Shown piece by piece: positions 61,201 through 64,000 of a DNA stretch of 64,000 bases. Position 1 is the stretch's first letter. Every line of letters begins with the position of its first letter. This stretch comes from Torpedo marmorata (taxonomy: Eukaryota), in the NCBI GenBank assembly GCA_977017645.1, contig OZ360244.1, forward strand, positions 40,362,001 to 40,426,000. Direction: 5' to 3'. The notes under the pieces are model-generated. The model ran no database searches. It was not told the origin of the DNA and saw only the letters and a program-made list of their open reading frames with translations. The position numbers and the translations under genes were made by a program.

Positions 61201-63718
61201 GAAGGTCAGATGTCCCATTGTGGCTCCAATCTATGAGTTCCTGAATCGCAGGAGAAGCTGCAGCTTCTGACAATGTGTTTTCCGCATCTGGACTCTGATG
61301 ACAATTGGAAAACTTAACACACTCAACACAAACATTAGAAATTCTGCCTGTCCCGCAGGAAAAAGAATCTCAGGGTTGTATGTGATGTCGTGTATGTACT
61401 CTGACAATAAAGCTGAAATATGAACTTTGAACAATTTAAACTTTGTGCAGAGATTGCGGAGAAAAAGCTTTGGGTTAACTAAACCTATTTGCATTTGAAC
61501 AGGGTCTGAAACAACCGTTCAGGTGACAACAGCGGGAACGACTAAATCAGAAACTTCAACATTAACAAGCACGACAGTCGTTTCCACGTCACAAACTGGA
61601 ACACCAACCACAGAAGGTAACGACAAAGTCAAATATTGATGAAAATCATGATGTGGATGTTGATTTTAAGGAGATGTAACGGACAAACAGATAGCTTCAA
61701 TTGACTGTTTCTTTTGAAACCTATCGCTGGTTATGTGGGGTTAAACGTTGGATGGGGAAAGGAAATCTGACACGATGCACAAATCTCACTCGAGGGTTCA
61801 TATTTTTAACAGAAAGCACAATAAGTGGAGAGCAGTCAATGACGGGATCACCTTCCACTGAGAAACCAACATCAACGAGCAGTCCGTCTCTTACAAGCTC
61901 ATTCACAGGATCCTCCTCTTCAGCAGGTAAATGGAAGAGATCAAAGCCCTTTCCTTAAATTTGTTCCTCAATTACTTCTGCGACAACTGAGAGTGCAGAA
62001 CAAAACATAGAAGAGACGATTTAAAAACAAACAGTTACACTGAAAACGGCGATTGTTAAAGGGTTTGTGCAGCAGTTAGGGCAGAGGTTCAGCATGTAAC
62101 CCCGATGAGGACCAGAATGTTCGGAGTGGTAACAGGGATTAACTCGGGGAGCAATTGAAGGTTTACGATACACTTTGTGACAAGTATCAGAAATTTGACT
62201 TTTTTTTTTTTTTTTTGAATATTTTATTTAAAATTTTAAATCACAAAATACATTATATAAATCGCAAAATTATCAAAATACATGTGATATATTTTCTCCC
62301 TCCCAACCACCCTCCCCACCCTAACCCCCCCACCCCTCCCTAACCCTCCCACCCCTACTAATCTATAAAATAAAATAAAATAAAGTAAAGAAAGGAAAAA
62401 GAAAAACTAAGGAGATTGCCAATCTAAACTAAAAAATAACTATGAACTAAAATTTTGTGGAAATTAGGTTACCAGCCTGATCCAATGTTCAGAGATTTTC
62501 AAATTTTTATTTTTAAGCCGACCAATTTTATATATGGGCTCCATACTTTCAAAAAGAAATGATATTTATTACGTAAATTATAAGTAATTTTTTCAAGTGG
62601 TATACAAGAACGAAGTTCTGCGTGCCACCTTTCTAAACCTAAATCTACATCAGATTTCCAAGTGATAGCGATACATTTCTTAGCAACCGCTAAAGCAATT
62701 CTCAAAAACTCAATTTGATACATATTTAAATTCATCATAATACTAATTCTTTTAATATCCCCAAATAAAAATATCATCGGATCCATTGGAAGTACATTTC
62801 TTAATACTTTGTCAGAGAACGTGCAGCTTTTCTATAATTCTTGAACGATACCTTGTCTTTGCCAAATGACATAATGTCCAGCATATGCCACATATCAGTT
62901 GTTTTGATCACCTGTTGTGTAAAAAACTATAGCGGCAACAATTGAAATGCACCTTTCCACTCCATTGGAAGTAAAGGCAACATTGGAAGGTCAGATGTCC
63001 CATTGTGGCTCCAATCTATGAGTTCCTGAGTCGCAGGAGAAGATGTAACTTCTGACAATTTGTTTTCCAAATTTGGACTCTGATTACATTTGGAGAACTT
63101 AACACACTCAACACTAATAATAGAAATTCTGCCTGCACCGCAGGAAAAAGAATCTCAGGGTTCCATGTGATGTCATATATGTACTCTAACAATAAATCTG
63201 AATTATGAATTTTGAACAATTTAAAGTTTGTGCAGAGATTGCAGAGAAAAAGCTTTGAGTTAACAAATCCTACCCGTATTTGTGATTGAACAGGGTCTGA
63301 AACAACTATTGAGGAGACAACAGAGGGAACGTCATCATTAGAAACTTCAACATTAACAAGTACGACAGTTGTTTCCACGTCACTCACCGGAACACCAACC
63401 ACAGAAGGTAAGGAGAAAGTCAAATATTGATGAAATTCAGTGTGTGGATGTTGATTTTAAGGAGATGTAACGGAGAAACAGATCAGCTTCCATTGACCGT
63501 TTCTTTTACAACCGATCACTGGTTCTGTGGGGTTGGACGTTGGATGGGGAAGGTAAATCTGACATGATGCACAAATCTCACTCAAGGATTCATATTTTTA
63601 ACAGAAAGCACAACAAGTGGAGAGCAGTCAACGACGGGATCACCTTCCACTGAGAAACCAACAGCAACGAGCAGTCCGTTTGTTTCAAGCTCAATCACAG
63701 GATCCTCCTCTTCAGCAG
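1177..63718 (+). CDS. Internal part of a large spliced gene encoding a mucin-like Ser/Thr/Pro-rich tandem domain; 30 units of exon A (114 nt) + exon B (114 nt), 76 aa per unit
   Basis: Exon A starts (each 114 nt): 1177, 4933, 8691, 9868, 16972, 18133, 31254, 32425, 33597, 34769, 35941, 37111, 42810, 43981, 45152, 46325, 47496, 48667, 49840, 51011, 52163, 53338, 54510, 55683, 56854, 58007, 59179, 60350, 61503, 63294. Exon B starts (each 114 nt): 1488, 5244, 9002, 10179, 17283*, 18444, 31564*, 32735, 33908, 35080, 36252, 37422, 43120, 44292, 45463, 46636, 47807, 48978, 50151, 51321, 52473, 53649, 54821, 55994, 57165, 58317, 59490, 60661, 61813, 63605 (* = mutated acceptor). Typical flanks are tttgaacAG|A|GTaacg and tttttaacAG|B|GTaaat. 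No stops or indels were seen in the exons read, whereas the introns carry indels. Confidence 0.85.
1488..1601 (+). CDS. Exon B of unit 1 (phase 1-1): (E)STTSGEESTTGSPSTEKPTVTSSPSVSSPFTGSSSSA
   Basis: tttttaacAG acceptor at 1486-1487 with an upstream CTCAC branch-like motif, and GCAG|GTAAAT donor at 1602; 114 nt; 197-nt intron from exon A. Confidence 0.85.
2196..4767 (+). mobile_element. 5'-truncated L1-clade LINE, copy 2 (RT region, disrupted)
   Basis: Motifs YRPISLLN, LDAEKAFD, RQGCPLSP and FADD; frameshift near 2570-2583 and TAG at 3432-3434; poly(A); 16-bp TSD agaaattctgcc(a/t)gcc at 2180-2195 and 4768-4783; target TT|AGAAA. Confidence 0.95.
5952..8525 (+). mobile_element. 5'-truncated L1-clade LINE, copy 3
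   Basis: Near-identical to 2196-4767 at an offset of 3756, with the same junctions and the same lesions (stops ending at 6339 and 7190). Confidence 0.95.
11193..14981 (-). CDS. L1 ORF2p: APE endonuclease, reverse transcriptase and C-terminal cysteine-rich domain (1262 aa)
   Basis: SININGLN, LQETH, GGDFN, SRIDMF and SDH (endonuclease); YRPISLLN, RQGCPLSP and FADD (RT); CFRC..H..C; uninterrupted frame. Confidence 0.96.
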   Translation of the reverse strand: MADSKLINVVSININGLNNPIKRKKTLAYIKKLKADIALLQETHLTDLEHQKLKRDWVGQVVASSFNSKAKGVAILVNKKLPLKIHSVVTDGSGRYVLINCQIYSEMWTLMNIYVPNTQDDQFIQDSFMHLSEAYDNILIGGDFNCCLDPVMDKTSKSIIRTKTAKRILTMMEDLNLTDIWRKLNPREKDYSFYSSRHDSYSRIDMFLLSSQLQDRVTQVQYKARLISDHSPLLMLCIIPEKEKIIYKWRFNSSLLKRVDFCKYIRREIQEFLQINTDSMDNKFIIWDALKAYLRGQIISYSAKVKKENIQEFDNLEKEIEFLEKDLQKKRSEEKKKDLIGKKLYYNTLQTHKLEKLIERTKQRYYELGERAHKVLAWQLKKEQTSRTITAIKKNSKKITYKPREINDSFKDFYLNLYTSQAEKDDSKINTFLSKIKMPRLDTLSKESLDSPFTMREVDGVLSSLTSGKSPGEDGFPSEFYKKFKDLLIPPYMEVLKQITETHSLPESFTNALITVIPKRDRDLLRTESYRPISLLNVDYKIMAKILANRVAKFLPVLVHGDQAGFIRNRYSKDNIARLISLINVAQQREELSLVLTLDAEKAFDRLEWNYLFKVLEKFGFGNTFINWIKTIYKEPSARVVTNGQISSKFSLTRSTRQGCPLSPALFVLAIEPLAELIRQDSKIAGIKVGKEEHKISLFADDVLIYMTEPINSLTQLSVLLKEFGGISGYKINSDKSEIMPLTQGDYSDCKEITQFKWAKGGIKYLGIKIDTKLSNLYKLNYLPLFVNIKKDLERWKDLPITLMGRVNCIKMNVFPRIQYLFQSIPYEIPQKFFKDLNLIIRTFLWKGKLARVGLEKLTWNYEMGGLKLPNFQYYYKAAQLKFINELFDLGKLSAWMRIELNNIGEDLKEEVIYKWNSKLLLTRGKNSPIFRHLLEIWNRVDREIGAKGSISRRMPLYQNELIPFTVDNQLFKIWYQKGIKEINDCFEAGKFITFQRMEDKFRVANNTIFAYYQIRAFLGERLGRGLILPRQTELELLVTNGGVPKFISQMYRLLQRKLPKTGIHKSRLNWEKDLNITIDEEHWKKLCKQSMTKIINVRYRLVQYNFFHQLYLTPKRLKKFNPTLSGLCFRCNKEEGYFVHSTWFCPKVYDFWLKVKNFLDKVLGTTLPMDPMIFLFGDIEGTSVGVKLNMYQTEFLRVALAVSKKCIATTWKSDVDLGLERWHAELRSCIPLEKITYNLRDKYHFFLEVWSPYIKIVGLRI
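15365..16723 (-). CDS. L1 ORF1p (Transposase_22-like RNA-binding protein with coiled coil, RRM and CTD)
   Basis: LENQSRRNNIKIVGLPE, LELDRAHR and YPATLRV motifs; first ATG at 16723 (the ORF track extends it to an upstream GTG at 16744). Confidence 0.92.
   Translation of the reverse strand: MSSKRMKEGKLKKTVLRESLGQEKNRPTLLLEPREQAPLPPRKTQKKTAKVPGAPTPPSRGTGENGAGARSCKELQLPVGPLPADPLRMRGTTRMREDVRELSATADSDSSTLMLSCEAEQGILTSADPGKRRREEQEEHEGEEGLQEMEREGEEEESDEEEAPMLLGGQELAKSMIEAMDRLTKEVASLNQRMQYGFKAIREEIKAVKEDMKKHSDIVDKVSSRVKKIEEKVEEHDEDLVDYKDRVDKVEDSFTGWELQKNELLQKLDVLENQSRRNNIKIVGLPEDFEGTNPTTFFQDWIPQTLGKDHFPNGLELDRAHRDSRRKPYPDQRPRSILIRCLRYQDKEKILKLAIQKARIQQGPLRIDKSRVFFYADLSSVIIKKRKEFNPAKAVLWGKGYKFSFRYPATLRVQSAENQPMFFTDPQEALRHANRLPDSKKGQGSTERHQTI
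19147..21913 (-). mobile_element. 5'-truncated, frameshifted L1 inserted into the CR1
   Basis: ORF2 fragments closely related to the triplicated L1; TSD aatctctcctactctt at 19131-19146 and 21914-21929; target TT|AAGA on the minus strand. Confidence 0.93.
22951..23480 (-). repeat. BEL 3' LTR (530 bp)
   Basis: Direct repeat of 29484-30015; termini TGTAAG...GTAATA on the minus strand. Confidence 0.92.
23893..29026 (-). pseudogene. BEL polyprotein pseudogene: SAP-like N-terminus, Gag, zinc knuckles, protease, then a MIPOL1-like coiled coil
   Basis: ORFs 27764-29089, 27488-27712 and 26249-27445 share one frame and are separated by point stops. After removing the L1 at 24850-26282 and one TSD, the frame continues through a single TAA into ORF 23893-24723. 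SAP-like motif: IEDMKVADIKEELKRLKKDIRGNKRVLIERL. Confidence 0.8.
24850..26282 (+). mobile_element. 5'-truncated L1 inserted into the BEL element
   Basis: ORF2 C-terminus (24878-25963), G-rich 3' UTR and A-tail; 17-bp TSD aatgttgttttaaatac at 24833-24849 and 26283-26299. Confidence 0.94.
29484..30015 (-). repeat. BEL 5' LTR (~532 bp)
   Basis: Direct repeat of 22951-23480 with a few substitutions; termini TGTAAG...AATCTA on the minus strand. The inner boundary is uncertain by about 3 nt. Confidence 0.9.
37930..38180 (+). repeat. Gypsy 5' LTR
   Basis: TGTGGTAAAC...GGCCTATCA; about 4 substitutions relative to the 3' LTR, counted by eye. Confidence 0.95.
38206..42088 (+). pseudogene. Gypsy gag-pol, one ORF broken by a 4-bp duplication
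   Basis: Knuckle CSSCGKKGHYAKAC, protease LFDTGS, RT YLDD, RNase H DAS..E..TD, integrase HHCC and DDE core (SIDF..HSDRG..VER). GTGC is duplicated at 38635-38642; removing one copy restores ...YVRQRLLE. Confidence 0.9.
42202..42452 (+). repeat. Gypsy 3' LTR
   Basis: Direct repeat of 37930-38180, immediately after the PPT. Confidence 0.95.
62200..62817 (-). mobile_element. Short L1 3'-end fragment
   Basis: T-run from 62200, C-rich (G-rich on the minus strand) UTR and the last ~95 aa of ORF2; no TSD, and about 3 bp of target (ATT) are missing. Confidence 0.92.
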
Positions 63719-64000
63719 GTAAATGGAAGAGATCAAAGCCCTTTCCCCAAATTTGTACCTCAATTACCATTGCGAGAATTGAGAGTGCAGAACAAAACAT
63801 AGAAGAGACAATTTAAAAACAAACCGGTCCACTGAAAACGGCGATTGTTAAAGGCTTTGTGCAGCAGTTAGGTCAGAGTTTCAGCATGTAATCACGATGA
63901 GGACCAGAATGTTCAGGGTGGTCACAGGGATTAACGCGGGGAGCAATTGAAGGTTTACGATACACTTTGTGACAAGTATCAGAAATTTGACATGGACGTG

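Larger units (their letters stand above)
1012..64000 (+). repeat. ~1.17-kb tandem exon-intron repeat array, 30 units (exon A, 196-197-nt intron, exon B, ~745-nt intron)
   Basis: Uninterrupted blocks at about 1012-2195, 4768-5951, 8526-10933, 16854-18836, 30782-37929, 42453-62199 and 62818-64000. The period is visible directly, e.g. exon A at 31254, 32425, 33597, 34769, 35941, 37111. Confidence 0.97.

Noticed and set aside
30764-63802. Many recurring 60-150-aa ORFs (MQIGFVNPKL..., MFCSALS..., MGKGNLTRC...)
   Set aside because: They are by-products of the tandem repeat, with variable starts, stops and frames between units. Only the exon B portion of the + strand ORFs is likely to be coding.
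1012-64000. CRISPR array, rDNA/snRNA tandem cluster or prokaryotic system
   Set aside because: There are no short repeats with unique spacers and no recognisable 5S, tRNA or U snRNA sequence. The content is vertebrate retroelements and spliceosomal exons.

Overview
This is eukaryotic DNA from a vertebrate, probably a cartilaginous fish (an inference from the retroelement families). The backbone looks like a ~1.17-kb tandem satellite, but each unit carries two 114-nt phase-1/phase-1 exons with AG/GT splice sites. The 30 units in the window (60 exons) would splice into about 2,280 aa of Ser/Thr-rich mucin-type sequence on the + strand. The ORF track does not show this spliced product, and the start and end of the gene lie outside the window. 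Retroelements interrupt only the long intron of the unit. They are: a 5'-truncated L1 triplicated together with its host unit, a full-length L1 with both ORFs intact, a 12-kb nest (a CR1 containing an L1 and a BEL/Pao LTR element that itself contains an L1), a near-intact Gypsy element and a short L1 3' end. The BEL element has no RT/RNaseH/integrase and instead carries an in-frame coiled-coil segment that resembles host MIPOL1. The Gypsy element has no tRNA-type PBS but has a 14-nt LTR-complementary sequence in that position. All family and homology calls come from motif recognition and memory, not database searches.
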